Positions 51,793-62,579 are shown, counted from the first letter of the stretch. The stretch is DNA of 64,000 nt from an uncultured Muribaculaceae bacterium (GCA_910587355.1 CAJUKF010000009.1:3308-67307), one strand, 5' to 3'. Translations and numbers: made by a program. Notes: generated by a model not told the origin, from the sequence alone.

Positions 51793-54700
51793 ATGAGAAA
51801 AATTTTTACTACAGCCTTAAGGAAAACCTCAGGTCTTCTGGCTCTCGTTGCCTTTGCTGTTTTCGGCACTGCAAGCGCGCAGGCCGATGCAGTAGTGATG
51901 GGCACCGTAGAGTTCGGCAAGGTATATGAGGTTCCGACAGGTTCATCCGTTACGGGTACTATCGTTATCCCCGAGAATGCCACTCCGGGTAAAGACGGCA
52001 CGTTACGTCTTACGCAGGATGGCGTTTCAATCGGTCTTGGCGGCATCAATCTTATGAAAGACGGCCAGGCTGTTGACCATACCTTCAAAGGTTACGGAGG
52101 TAAATACGGCGCAATGAACGACTATAAGGTAAAGCCCGGTGAAATCTATGAAATCAACGAGAGTTTCATAATGAACGGCGGCAAGGTAGCTTTCTTCCTC
52201 GAAGGTGTTTCCACCCAGCCATTAGCCGTGCAATATATTAATATCGCTCCCGGTTCGACGGTCAATTTTGCTCTTAATCCCCGACTGACAATCACTTTCA
52301 ATCAGACGATTGCAGCAATTCCTTCAACGGGACACAAGATGTATTTCAAGAGCCGTAAGACTGATGCTCTTACTGAAGTCAATCTACCTTATTCTGCTGG
52401 CGGCTGGGACCTTTATACTCCCTGCAAGGCCCAGCTCATCGCCGGCGCACTGTTGCCCGGCGATGAATTTCAGGTAATGCTCACCGGTATCCGCACGCCG
52501 GCAGGTGCGTCTTGTGAGAATGCCGATGCAGATGGTAATCTTTGGCTTGCTTTCAAGGTCGGCTCCGAGCCACTTGTATCAGTGTCGCAAAAAGTGCCTT
52601 CGACATTCCTGTCGTATTATGCTCCCGGCGACCCTGAAGGCATAATTTCGCTTAGTTTCACGAATCCCCTGCCTGATATTGAAAACCGCATAGTGCTTAC
52701 TGAGGCCAGCCGGGTAGTAATAGGCTACGGCGACCTTGAGAGTGAAAACGGTTATTATAACGAGGCTTTCAAACCCACCCTTTCGGACGACGGCATGACA
52801 GTTTATGCCGATTTCACAGATAAGCTGCGCACCCGCCAGATTATGATTCCTACGGGCACCGACGAAGAATACACCACAATCACTGTAAGCATTCAGAATA
52901 TTTATGACAAGTACGGCAACCCCGTCAAATCAAATGACAATGTAAGCATCGGTTCTTTCGGCTGGTCACTACCTTATAAGGAACTTGAACGCACCAATTT
53001 TATGGCAGAGTTCATTCCCGCAAACGGTGAGACTCTCGTAGGCGCCGAGAATATCGAAGTTTCGATTTTCCCCGCGACCGGTTATTCTTTCACGGGCTTT
53101 GAGATTTCATACCCCGGAGAGAACGGCGCAACTGAAAAAGTTATTGTAGCCAAGGCCGATGCCAACGAATCTGTAAACGACGGCATCGCTTCTTATAAGT
53201 TTGCTATTCCCGAGCAGGTGAAAGGCAAGAAAAATGTGACTGTAACCCTTGCAAATCTCATCTGTAATGATGGCTACGACCATACTACTGATGTAATGGC
53301 TCAGTATGATGCGTTTGTAATCACTTACTCCGACCCCGCCAACAATGCAAGCCTCGAAATGCTAAAAGACAACCAGGTTGTTTCGATAGAGACTAATTAC
53401 TCTGAGAGATATCCTGAAATGGTGATTGTCTATGATGTAGTAGACTTGAACCCTGTAAATCCGGAGGACAATATAGTCAAGACAGAATCGTATATGGAGC
53501 GTCAGAGCGACGATTCATATCGCTCTGAAGTCTACGGCAACTATAAACTCTTCACAGGTCATGCTTATCAGATGCGTTTCACGGCATGGGCTACTGCCGA
53601 TGACAAGAATTATGGTGAAGAACCCGTCGGCACAGCCTGTATCACACTTAACGGCACAACTCCTCCCTATGTTCCCAGTTCAGTTACTCTTCTGAGCATC
53701 ACTCCTTCGGAGGATACGGTTCTCGGGTCTGAGACTCCGGTATTTACTCTTAAGTTCGATGGAATGGTGACCCTTGACTCCAACTCTACCGTAATAAATG
53801 GAGGTGCGTTGTCGGATAATGTTGCATTCGCATCAATTACTTGTGTTGACCCCGAAGTTAACGAGGGCGTGTCATATTCACCTACATGGACACTCACTGT
53901 TCCTGAAGAGTTCTATAAGAATCTTAACACCGGTCTTATGTTCACGGTTGTGGCAGAAGACATGGAGGGACGACGCGTGCAGGGCAACCGCGGAGTCGAT
54001 GATGAGAGTGTATTTGAGTTCAACTACGAAATTGAAGGACAATATGAGGAGTATACAGTAAAAGCTGTAGGCGAGGAACCTTATGCGACTGTCAAAGAAT
54101 TCAAGGCTTATGCTCCTGAACGCGGAGGCATCAATTATTCATGGATTGTTCCCTATGGCGAAGCTTATGTAACCGACGGTCGCCGCGCCATTGTCGCCCG
54201 AGTTACCGATGTCGTGGCAGAGGATGTTGAAATGGGACAGCGCGCCAATGAGGCAACTCTTGTACTTGACACCGAAATCACTGCAGAAGGCACATATATG
54301 CTCATTATTCCCAAGGATTATTTCATCCTCGGAGAGGAATACGACAGCAAGAATTCAGCTGAAGTGATGTATACTTTCGATGTTGTCGGCGGAGCCGAGG
54401 CGGAAGTGAAAATCAACTACACCCCCGCAACCGGCGACGTTGTTTCGCTTCCGAAAGAAATTGTAATGAATTTCATCGGTACAACAAGCATCATGACAGG
54501 CTCGGGCGTACCCACTCTTACAATCGACAACGGCGAGCCCGTGAAACTCGGTGATGTAGTGCTTGACAACGAGATTTACACCCAGTGCACTCTGGTTCTT
54601 CCGCAGGAATACACCGAACCCGGTGAATATAAGGTCAACTTCCCCGCAGGTTACTTCACCCTCGGCGACAACGGCGACCCCAGCCCCGCTTACGAGGCAA

Positions 54701-55191
54701 TATGGACAATCAAGGGTGGTGCTGCAGTCAATGTGACTACCAGTCCGGCCCAGGGCAAGGTCGAAAGCCTCTCGACAATAGAAATTACATTTGTTGATTA
54801 TGAAGAGGTAGGACCCGGTTCAGGCAAAGCCACTCTTACTATTGACGGCGCAACTCCGCTCAATCTTCCGGATGCAGGCTTCGGTATTGAATACAATCAG
54901 ATGAATCAGGAACTGGGCCAGACCTATACGGCCGATGGCACCTATGTGATTTCGTTCCCTGCCGGATACTTCAATCTCGGTTCTAACGGCGACCCCTCGC
55001 CCGCATTCACTCTTACCTATACAATCGGTGAAGGCGCAGGTGTGGCAGGTGTTGTTGTCGCTGCCGACGGTCTCTATCATGTATTCAATGTAGCCGGTGT
55101 AGAAGTGCTTACCACAGCAGACTTTGCCGAGGTGCTCTCGCTCACTCCCGGTCTATATATCGTAAACAATAGCAAAGTTTATATCAGATAA
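51793..55191 (+). CDS. Large secreted protein with tandem Ig-like repeats and T9SS-like CTD
   Basis: Signal peptide; recurrent PA(N)G..L..I.I.F units; duplicated FPAGYF.LG.NGDPSPA; tail VFNVAG...LTPGLYIVNNSKVYIR. Confidence 0.75.
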   Translation: MRKIFTTALRKTSGLLALVAFAVFGTASAQADAVVMGTVEFGKVYEVPTGSSVTGTIVIPENATPGKDGTLRLTQDGVSIGLGGINLMKDGQAVDHTFKGYGGKYGAMNDYKVKPGEIYEINESFIMNGGKVAFFLEGVSTQPLAVQYINIAPGSTVNFALNPRLTITFNQTIAAIPSTGHKMYFKSRKTDALTEVNLPYSAGGWDLYTPCKAQLIAGALLPGDEFQVMLTGIRTPAGASCENADADGNLWLAFKVGSEPLVSVSQKVPSTFLSYYAPGDPEGIISLSFTNPLPDIENRIVLTEASRVVIGYGDLESENGYYNEAFKPTLSDDGMTVYADFTDKLRTRQIMIPTGTDEEYTTITVSIQNIYDKYGNPVKSNDNVSIGSFGWSLPYKELERTNFMAEFIPANGETLVGAENIEVSIFPATGYSFTGFEISYPGENGATEKVIVAKADANESVNDGIASYKFAIPEQVKGKKNVTVTLANLICNDGYDHTTDVMAQYDAFVITYSDPANNASLEMLKDNQVVSIETNYSERYPEMVIVYDVVDLNPVNPEDNIVKTESYMERQSDDSYRSEVYGNYKLFTGHAYQMRFTAWATADDKNYGEEPVGTACITLNGTTPPYVPSSVTLLSITPSEDTVLGSETPVFTLKFDGMVTLDSNSTVINGGALSDNVAFASITCVDPEVNEGVSYSPTWTLTVPEEFYKNLNTGLMFTVVAEDMEGRRVQGNRGVDDESVFEFNYEIEGQYEEYTVKAVGEEPYATVKEFKAYAPERGGINYSWIVPYGEAYVTDGRRAIVARVTDVVAEDVEMGQRANEATLVLDTEITAEGTYMLIIPKDYFILGEEYDSKNSAEVMYTFDVVGGAEAEVKINYTPATGDVVSLPKEIVMNFIGTTSIMTGSGVPTLTIDNGEPVKLGDVVLDNEIYTQCTLVLPQEYTEPGEYKVNFPAGYFTLGDNGDPSPAYEAIWTIKGGAAVNVTTSPAQGKVESLSTIEITFVDYEEVGPGSGKATLTIDGATPLNLPDAGFGIEYNQMNQELGQTYTADGTYVISFPAGYFNLGSNGDPSPAFTLTYTIGEGAGVAGVVVAADGLYHVFNVAGVEVLTTADFAEVLSLTPGLYIVNNSKVYIR

Positions 55192-55206
55192 ATCTTACCG
55201 TAAATT

Positions 55207-55247
55207 CAAAAAATGCGCCTTCGGTTGTCCAAAGGCGCATTTTTTTG
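55207..55247 (+). terminator. Intrinsic terminator
   Basis: AAAAAATGCGCCTT...AAGGCGCATTTTTTT. Confidence 0.85.
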
Positions 55248-55330
55248 TCCCTGAAGTGCCCGTTTTTATATTAAAAAGCGTAAATTTGTAGCAAACAAAA
55301 TTAATAACTTAAAGTCTAATATAACAACAC

Positions 55331-57523
55331 ATGGAAAATCTGATTTTCTGGCTTGTGCCGCTGTCGGCAGTGACGGCATTGTGTCTTGCGTGGTATTTCT
55401 ATAAGCGCATGATAAGCCTTAGCGAAGGCACCGACACAATGGCACGAATCGCATCGCATGTCCGCAAAGGAGCGATGTCTTATCTCAAACAACAGTATAA
55501 AATCGTAGGAATCGTGTTCCTCTGTCTGGTGGTGCTCTTCTCCGTCATGGCTTACGGCTTCCAGCTCCAGAATCCGTGGGTGCCTGTGGCATTCCTCACC
55601 GGCGGTTTCTTCTCGGGCCTTTCGGGCTTCCTCGGCATGAAGACCGCGACCTATGCTTCTGCACGTACGGCCAACGCAGCCCGCAAGTCGCTTGATGGCG
55701 GCCTCCGCGTGGCATTCCGTTCGGGTGCCGTAATGGGTCTCGTTGTGGTAGGCCTCGGCCTTATTGACATCTCTTTCTGGTATCTCCTTCTTGACTGGTG
55801 CGTAGACATCCAGGGTACGGCCAAGCTTGCCATGATTACCACCACTATGCTCACATTCGGCATGGGTGCCTCCACACAGGCTCTCTTCGCACGCGTGGGC
55901 GGCGGTATCTATACCAAGGCAGCCGATGTCGGCGCTGACCTTGTGGGCAAGGTCGAAGCCGGTATTCCTGAGGATGACCCCCGCAATCCCGCTACAATCG
56001 CCGATAACGTTGGCGACAATGTAGGTGATGTCGCCGGTATGGGCGCCGACCTCTATGAATCGTACTGTGGCTCTATTCTTGCTACTTCGGCTCTCGGTGC
56101 GGCAGCTTATCTGCTGTCGGGCGATGAGGTGATGCAGTATAAGGCCGTGATAGCGCCTATGCTTATTGCCGCTGTGGGCATCTTCCTGTCGATTATCGGC
56201 ATTTTCTCGGTGCGCACTAAGGAAGACGCTTCAATGAAAAACCTCCTCGGAGCACTTTCTCTCGGCACCAATCTCAGTTCCGTGCTGATTGTCGGCGCAA
56301 CATTCCTTATTCTGTGGCTTCTCGGTCTTGACAACTGGGCTCTCATTGCCTGCTCTGTAGTTGTGGGTCTGCTTGTAGGCGTGGTGATTGGCCGTTCGAC
56401 CGAATATTATACCTCGCAGTCATACGAGCCTACACGTAAGCTCTCCGAGAGCGGCAAGACCGGCCCTGCCACCGTGATTATCTCTGGTATCGGTCTCGGC
56501 ATGGTCTCTACCGCCATTCCCGTGCTTGCCGTTGTCGTAGGCATCATTCTCAGCTATTGGTTCGCCTCGGGCTTTGATTTCTCCAACGTAGCCATGGGTC
56601 TCTACGGTATCGGCATTGCTGCCGTGGGTATGCTTTCCACACTGGGCATCACTCTTGCCACCGACGCTTACGGCCCGATTGCCGACAATGCCGGCGGTAA
56701 TGCGGAGATGAGCGGTCTTGGTGAAGAAGTTCGCCGCCGCACTGACGCTCTCGACTCGCTCGGCAACACAACCGCCGCCACAGGCAAAGGTTTCGCGATT
56801 GGCTCCGCCGCACTCACAGGCCTTGCTCTCCTTGCATCGTATATCGAAGAAATACGTATCGGTCTTGAGCGCCTCGGCACCACATTCGTGCAAATCGGCG
56901 ACCGCTCCGTTCATATCCACGAAATGTCGTTTGTCGACTTCATGACATATTATGAAGTTAACTTGATGAGTCCGAAAGTTCTCTCGGGCATGTTTATCGG
57001 CGCAATGATGGCTTTCCTCTTCTGCGGCCTCACAATGAATGCCGTCGGTCGTGCTGCTGCTCATATGGTTGATGAGGTGCGCCGCCAGTTCCGCGAAATC
57101 AAGGGCATTCTCGAAGGCAAGGCAGAGCCCGACTACGCACGTTGCGTTCAGATTTCGACCAAAGGCGCACAGCGCGAGATGATTTTCCCCTCGCTCCTCG
57201 CTATTATCGCTCCGATTATCACCGGTATCGTATTCGGTGTTCCAGGCGTGCTCGGTCTGCTTGTCGGCGGCCTTTCTGCAGGCTTCGTGCTTGCCATTTT
57301 CATGGCTAACGCCGGCGGCGCATGGGACAACGCCAAGAAGTATGTTGAAGAAGGTAACTTCGGAGGAAAGGGTTCGGAAGTGCACCGTGCCACAGTTGTA
57401 GGCGATACCGTCGGCGACCCTTTCAAGGATACATCGGGCCCCTCGCTCAACATCCTTATTAAACTGATGTCAATGGTATCGATTGTCATGGCCGGCCTCA
57501 CTGTAAGCTGGAGCCTCTTCTGA
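55331..57523 (+). CDS. hppA: Membrane-integral cation-translocating pyrophosphatase (K+-dependent type)
   Basis: GGGIYTKAADVGADLVGKVE, EDDPRN, DNVGDNVGD, GNTTAATGKG, GDTVGDPFKDTSGP; -7 element TAAATTTG at 55281. Confidence 0.95.
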   Translation: MENLIFWLVPLSAVTALCLAWYFYKRMISLSEGTDTMARIASHVRKGAMSYLKQQYKIVGIVFLCLVVLFSVMAYGFQLQNPWVPVAFLTGGFFSGLSGFLGMKTATYASARTANAARKSLDGGLRVAFRSGAVMGLVVVGLGLIDISFWYLLLDWCVDIQGTAKLAMITTTMLTFGMGASTQALFARVGGGIYTKAADVGADLVGKVEAGIPEDDPRNPATIADNVGDNVGDVAGMGADLYESYCGSILATSALGAAAYLLSGDEVMQYKAVIAPMLIAAVGIFLSIIGIFSVRTKEDASMKNLLGALSLGTNLSSVLIVGATFLILWLLGLDNWALIACSVVVGLLVGVVIGRSTEYYTSQSYEPTRKLSESGKTGPATVIISGIGLGMVSTAIPVLAVVVGIILSYWFASGFDFSNVAMGLYGIGIAAVGMLSTLGITLATDAYGPIADNAGGNAEMSGLGEEVRRRTDALDSLGNTTAATGKGFAIGSAALTGLALLASYIEEIRIGLERLGTTFVQIGDRSVHIHEMSFVDFMTYYEVNLMSPKVLSGMFIGAMMAFLFCGLTMNAVGRAAAHMVDEVRRQFREIKGILEGKAEPDYARCVQISTKGAQREMIFPSLLAIIAPIITGIVFGVPGVLGLLVGGLSAGFVLAIFMANAGGAWDNAKKYVEEGNFGGKGSEVHRATVVGDTVGDPFKDTSGPSLNILIKLMSMVSIVMAGLTVSWSLF

Positions 57524-57544
57524 TAATATCCTGAAATACATGTA

Positions 57545-57589
57545 TATAAAATCAGCCCTGCGGCACATCGCCGCAGGGCTGATTTTATA
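57545..57589. terminator. Bidirectional terminator hairpin
   Basis: 20 bp perfect stem TATAAAATCAGCCCTGCGGC / GCCGCAGGGCTGATTTTATA between convergent hppA and pepO. Confidence 0.85.
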
Positions 57590-57605
57590 CATGGAATATG
57601 TAGGA

Positions 57606-59627
57606 TTACCAGATAATCACGCGTTCGTCGGCAGGACGGAACATCGGGTCGCCTTCGGTTATGCCGAAAGCGGTGAAGAAGGGCTCGATGTTGCGCAGCG
57701 ATACGTCGACACGCCATTTGCCGAGCGAGTGGGGGTCGCTCATGGTGCGCTGACGGATTTCGTCCTCGCGGATGTTGCCGGCCCATACATTGGCATAGGC
57801 GAGATAGAAGCGCTGGTCGGGAGAGAAACCGTTGATTACAGGACCTTCGGTTCCGTTGAGCGAATTCTTGTATGCTGTGTAGGCGACACGGAGACCGCCC
57901 TGGTCGGCGATGTTCTCCCCGAGAGTAAGACGTCCGTTGGCTTTGAGGCCGGGAGCAACTTCGATGCTGTCGAACTGGGCGACGAGCTTGTCGGCAAGAG
58001 CGTTGAAGGCTTCAGCATCGGCGGGTGTCCACCAGTCGGCAAAATTGCCGTCTTTGTCAAACTGACGGCCCTGGTCGTCGAATCCATGAGTCATTTCGTG
58101 GCCGATGACAACGCCGATAGCGCCATAGTTGACCGCATCGTCGGCTTCGGGGTCGAAGAAGGGCACCTGGAGGATACCGGCAGGGAAGCAGATTTCGTTT
58201 GTGCTGGGGTTGTAGTAGGCATTCACTGTCTGGGGCGACATGAGCCAGCGTTCGCGGTCAACGGGTTTGCCGTAGTCGGAGTTGTTATAGTCCTGGTTGA
58301 AGAGGATAGCCTGCTGTATGTTTTCCCAGTATGATTTTCCGGGATTGATTTCGAGAGCGGAGTAGTCGCGCCATTTGTCAGGATAACCGATTTTCACACG
58401 GAATGCGGCGAGTTTTTCTTTTGCACGCAGTTTGGTCGTGTCGCTCATCCATGTGAGGCTGTCGATATGTTCGCCGAGCGATTTCTGGAGGTTGCCGACG
58501 AGAGTTAGCATACGCTCTTTTGAACTTTCGGGGAAGTATTTTTCCACGTAGAGCTGACCTACTACTTCTCCGAGCACACCGTTGGGTACTGAGAGTGCGC
58601 GTTTCCAGCGGGGGCGCTGCTCCTCGACGCCGGTGAGAGCCTGCGAAAGCTTGAAGTCAGCGTTGATGAAATCGTCGCTCAGATAGGGCGCTGCGCTCGA
58701 CACATAAGAAGCCACGGCATAGTCGCGGAGTACTTCTTCGGGCTGCTCGGCGAGTGCCTTGGCTACTGTAGCGTAGTATTTGGGGCTGTCGACAATCACT
58801 GTGTCGACATCAAGATTCTGAAGCTCGAAATAGTGCTTGAGATTTACCGAGGGGAATTCCTTGTCGAGGTCGGCGACGGCACGCACGTTGTACTGTGCTG
58901 CGATATCGCGCTGCTCGGTGCGGGTCATCTGGTCGGCTGCAAGAAGCGTCTCGAGATTAATCACATTTGTTGCCAGACGGTTTGCTGCGGTCTCATCGTA
59001 GCCGATAAGAGAAGCGAGAGTCTGGAGGTAAGTGCGGTAAGCGGCAAGAATCTTGTCGTTGCGCTCGCTCTTCTCTGTGTAATAGTCACGGTCACCCAGA
59101 CCGAGACCGCCCTGGCCCCAGTACATGGTGTTTATGTTGCTGTTTGCGAGGTCTGACGATACACCGGTGCCGAAGAAAGTGCCTAAGCCGGGCAGTGTGG
59201 CCATGAGGTCGACGAGGTTTTCGCGGCTTGCGGCATAGAGTGTGGCCAGGTCTTTTTCAAGAGGTTTGGCACCTTCCTCATTGAGGCGTACGCTGTCCAT
59301 GCCCATGGCATAGAGGTCGCGTACCTTCTGTGCGTTGGTGCCTTCGGCGGCGTTCGGGTCGAGATTGAGCACAAGCTCTTTGAGCTGTTCGCGGTTGTTC
59401 TCGCCGAGTTCGTCGAAAGTGCCGTAGCGCGAATATTCAGGCTTGAGGGGATTGGCTTTCATCCAGCCGCCGCAAGCATAACCGTAGAAGTCAACCTTGG
59501 GCGACACTGTGGTGTCGAGGTTGGCTGCATCGATTCCTTTGGGAGCGGCCGCACTCTTTGTACATGCCGTGTAGGCTCCCGAAGCAACTACTGCTGCCAT
59601 AAGAATAAGAATGTTACTTTTTTTCAT
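57606..59627 (-). CDS. pepO: M13-family metalloendopeptidase (PepO-like), lipoprotein
   Basis: DFY.YACGGW, VNAYY, IGHEMTHGFDDQG (HExxH), GENIADQGG, DPHS. Confidence 0.93.
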   Translation of the reverse strand: MKKSNILILMAAVVASGAYTACTKSAAAPKGIDAANLDTTVSPKVDFYGYACGGWMKANPLKPEYSRYGTFDELGENNREQLKELVLNLDPNAAEGTNAQKVRDLYAMGMDSVRLNEEGAKPLEKDLATLYAASRENLVDLMATLPGLGTFFGTGVSSDLANSNINTMYWGQGGLGLGDRDYYTEKSERNDKILAAYRTYLQTLASLIGYDETAANRLATNVINLETLLAADQMTRTEQRDIAAQYNVRAVADLDKEFPSVNLKHYFELQNLDVDTVIVDSPKYYATVAKALAEQPEEVLRDYAVASYVSSAAPYLSDDFINADFKLSQALTGVEEQRPRWKRALSVPNGVLGEVVGQLYVEKYFPESSKERMLTLVGNLQKSLGEHIDSLTWMSDTTKLRAKEKLAAFRVKIGYPDKWRDYSALEINPGKSYWENIQQAILFNQDYNNSDYGKPVDRERWLMSPQTVNAYYNPSTNEICFPAGILQVPFFDPEADDAVNYGAIGVVIGHEMTHGFDDQGRQFDKDGNFADWWTPADAEAFNALADKLVAQFDSIEVAPGLKANGRLTLGENIADQGGLRVAYTAYKNSLNGTEGPVINGFSPDQRFYLAYANVWAGNIREDEIRQRTMSDPHSLGKWRVDVSLRNIEPFFTAFGITEGDPMFRPADERVIIW

Positions 59628-59675
59628 TGTAAAAATGAGTATGTTGATTGTTATGTGTTTTCATTTTGTCTCCGC

Positions 59676-61655
59676 TCAGCCAGCGGAATAGCGTTCTTTG
59701 AGTTCATCGAGCTCGGTCTGAGCGAGTTCCCACACGCTCATGGCGTTCTCAACAGCCTTGGTCGCGTCGGCGTGAGCCGTGAAAATGTCGGGCGACACAT
59801 CGCCTGCAGCGATTTTGGCTTCGATGTCGGCGAGCTCACTCTCCCGGCGGCTCACATCAGCTTCGGCTTCCTCAACCTTTTTGCCTGCGCGGCGCAGGGC
59901 TTTGTCGCGTTCGCGCTGTTCGGCATATGAAAGTCGTGCCGGCGCTACCCGGGGCTGAGGCTCCGGGGCTGCCTTAGTCGTAGCTGGAGTTTTGCTTTTG
60001 GTCTGCTGGGCTTTAGATGACTCAGAGAACTCGAGTTCTCTCAGCGAAGACAGTTTCTTTTTCTCGAGGAATTCATAAATACCGCCGAGGCATTCGCGTA
60101 CCTCGCCGTTGCTGAATTCGTATACCTTCTGAACAAGCCCGTCGAGGAAGTCTCGGTCGTGGCTCACAACAATCACCGTACCGTCGAAATCCTTGATAGC
60201 CTGCTTGAGGATATCTTTGGTCTTCATATCGAGGTGATTGGTGGGCTCGTCGAGAATCAGCAGATTATAAGGTTCGAGCAGAAGGCGTATCATGGCAAGA
60301 CGGGTCTTCTCGCCTCCGGAAAGTACTTTCACCTTTTTGTCGGAAGCTTCGCCTCCGAACATGAATGCTCCGAGAATATCGCGGATTTTGGTACGGATGT
60401 CGCCCACGGCCACACGGTCAATTGTGTCGAAAACCGTTATTTCGCCATCGAGAAGCTGAGCCTGATTCTGGGCGAAATATCCGATTTTTACGTTGTGTCC
60501 GATTCGCAGACTGCCTGTGTAAGGTATTTCGTTCATTATACATTTCACAAGAGTCGATTTGCCCTGACCGTTCTTGCCCACGAAAGCCACTTTTTCGCCT
60601 CTGCGCAGAGTGAATGTGGCGTGGTCAAAAACCTGATGCTCGCCATATGCCTTGCCGACATCTTCAATTATAAGGGGGAAGTCGCCTGAGCGCGGAGCCG
60701 GCGGAAAACGGAGGCTGAGATGCGAGGTGTCTACTTCGTCGACTTCAATCCGCTCGATTTTTGCCAGCTGCTTGATGCGGCTCTGGACCTGGACGGATTT
60801 AGTGGCTTTGTAGCGGAAACGCTCGATGAAATCCTCTGTATCGGCTATCAGCTTCTGCTGGTTCCGGTATGCACGCATCTGTTGTTCGATACGCTCCTGC
60901 CGCAGCACTACGAACTTGGAGTAGTTTACGGCGTAGTCATATATTTTGCCGCACGATATTTCGATTGTTCGGTTGGTCACATTGTCGATGAATGCGCGGT
61001 CGTGGCTGACAAGCACGACAGCTTTGGCATTGGTACGCAGGAAACTTTCGAGCCACTGGATTGACTCGATGTCGAGGTGATTGGTCGGCTCGTCGAGCAG
61101 GAGCACGTCGGGTTTCTGCAGAAGAATTTTTGCAAGTTCGATACGCATACGCCAGCCGCCGCTGAATTCCGATGTCGCACGGCCGAAATCGCTGCGCAGA
61201 AAACCGAGACCTATGAGGGTGCGCTCTATGTCGGCCTCATAGTTGTCGCTCGCCACAATGGCGAGCTGCTCGGTAAGGGAGCTTACGCGGTCGATTAGGG
61301 CATGATACTCGTCGGAATCGTAGTCGGTGCGTTCGGCAAGTTCGGCCGACATGGCGTCGAGATTCCGATGCATCTCCTGTACATGGGCGAATACTTTGCG
61401 GGTCTCTTCAATCAGGGTCGTCGAATCTGCGAGCACCATCTGCTGGGGCAGATAGCCGATAGTGACACCCTGTGGCACGGCAACGGCACCCTCGGTGGGT
61501 TTCTGAAGGCCGGCTATGATTTTCAGCATGGTACTCTTGCCGGCACCGTTTTTGCCGACAAGAGCTATTTTGTCATTCGGATTGATTACGTAGTTTATGT
61601 TGTCGAAGAGTTTCTGAGAGCTGAACTCTATTGACAGATTGTTGACTGATATCAT
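59676..61655 (-). CDS. ABC-F family ATP-binding protein
   Basis: Two ABC cassettes (GKNGAGKST / FSGGWRMR / LDEPTNHLD; GKNGQGKST / LSGGEK), no TM segments, C-terminal coiled coil. Confidence 0.93.
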   Translation of the reverse strand: MISVNNLSIEFSSQKLFDNINYVINPNDKIALVGKNGAGKSTMLKIIAGLQKPTEGAVAVPQGVTIGYLPQQMVLADSTTLIEETRKVFAHVQEMHRNLDAMSAELAERTDYDSDEYHALIDRVSSLTEQLAIVASDNYEADIERTLIGLGFLRSDFGRATSEFSGGWRMRIELAKILLQKPDVLLLDEPTNHLDIESIQWLESFLRTNAKAVVLVSHDRAFIDNVTNRTIEISCGKIYDYAVNYSKFVVLRQERIEQQMRAYRNQQKLIADTEDFIERFRYKATKSVQVQSRIKQLAKIERIEVDEVDTSHLSLRFPPAPRSGDFPLIIEDVGKAYGEHQVFDHATFTLRRGEKVAFVGKNGQGKSTLVKCIMNEIPYTGSLRIGHNVKIGYFAQNQAQLLDGEITVFDTIDRVAVGDIRTKIRDILGAFMFGGEASDKKVKVLSGGEKTRLAMIRLLLEPYNLLILDEPTNHLDMKTKDILKQAIKDFDGTVIVVSHDRDFLDGLVQKVYEFSNGEVRECLGGIYEFLEKKKLSSLRELEFSESSKAQQTKSKTPATTKAAPEPQPRVAPARLSYAEQRERDKALRRAGKKVEEAEADVSRRESELADIEAKIAAGDVSPDIFTAHADATKAVENAMSVWELAQTELDELKERYSAG

Positions 61656-61664
61656 CGTGAGGAA

Positions 61665-62465
61665 TCAAAAATCTTCTATGTTTCCTTTACGGTACGGGTC
61701 GTAGATGGTGTTGAGAATCCTGGCGAGCCTGAGGCCTCCACGAAGAAGCTGACGCTCGATGACGGGTGTCCACCGGGCTATCTGATTGTAGGAGATGCGG
61801 CTGCCCTGAGGAAAGTAATCATAGACCTGACCGGCGATTTCATATGTCTGACGCGCCCAGTCGTCGATATTGCCGCTTGCTTCGGCTTCGTTTTGCTGTG
61901 GTGAGAGGCGGTCAATCTGATTCTGCCATTCGGTGTAGCTCCAGGCGTGACCAGAATTCATGATTGAGCCATCCCATACTGCGTGCAGATTTGTGTCGCG
62001 GTCAAAAAACTTCACTTTGGTATTGTTGCCTCCCAAATCGGAGAGGTGCCCCATGTGCATCGGCTGGTGCAGGTCGCCCACAAGGTGCACGAGTATCTTC
62101 ATAGCCAGTGTCTTCTGGTCTTTTGTCGACTTGGGGTCAGAAAGAATTACTATCTGCTCGCGGATGCCTGTCACTACATCTCCTTTGGGGTTGAGCGGAG
62201 CGTTGTCATAAGGCACGCCCTCGTCCACGTTTTTGTAATGCCATGTCTTGGTGTACGCATAGTCAGGTGTGTGGCTGGCATTGTCGAGCCAGTTGGCCCA
62301 ATAGACAGGCGACATGCCATCGAGGATATATGCCACTGAGTCGGCGGCGGCTTTGGTAAGATGACACTCGGCGATATATGCTACGGTGTCATGGCCTTTC
62401 TGGCTCCATGCCATGGCGCTGAGTGCCGATGCGAGCGATATTGCGGCAATAAATAATTTCTTCAT
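61665..62465 (-). CDS. S1/P1 nuclease
   Basis: Mature N-terminus WSQKGH, WHY, HLVGDLHQPMH, DLGGN, NLHAVWD. Confidence 0.93.
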   Translation of the reverse strand: MKKLFIAAISLASALSAMAWSQKGHDTVAYIAECHLTKAAADSVAYILDGMSPVYWANWLDNASHTPDYAYTKTWHYKNVDEGVPYDNAPLNPKGDVVTGIREQIVILSDPKSTKDQKTLAMKILVHLVGDLHQPMHMGHLSDLGGNNTKVKFFDRDTNLHAVWDGSIMNSGHAWSYTEWQNQIDRLSPQQNEAEASGNIDDWARQTYEIAGQVYDYFPQGSRISYNQIARWTPVIERQLLRGGLRLARILNTIYDPYRKGNIEDF

Positions 62466-62507
62466 AGTCTGGAAGGAGATGTTTGAAAATCCGGGCTTAT
62501 ATAAAAA

Positions 62508-62563
62508 TGACAGGCAGCGCCTTCATGCTGCAAGGTGGCAGCTGTGCGGGCATTGCCTGTCAT
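62508..62563 (-). terminator. Stem-loop downstream of rpmA
   Basis: ATGACAGGCAG..GCC ... GGC.TTGCCTGTCAT with TTTT on the minus side. Confidence 0.55.
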
Positions 62564-62579
62564 AAATAAGGTTGGTCGC

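Noticed and set aside
59676..61655. ABC-F as an antibiotic-resistance determinant
   Set aside because: It sits in a housekeeping context with no leader peptide or mobile element seen; it looks like a housekeeping ABC-F.
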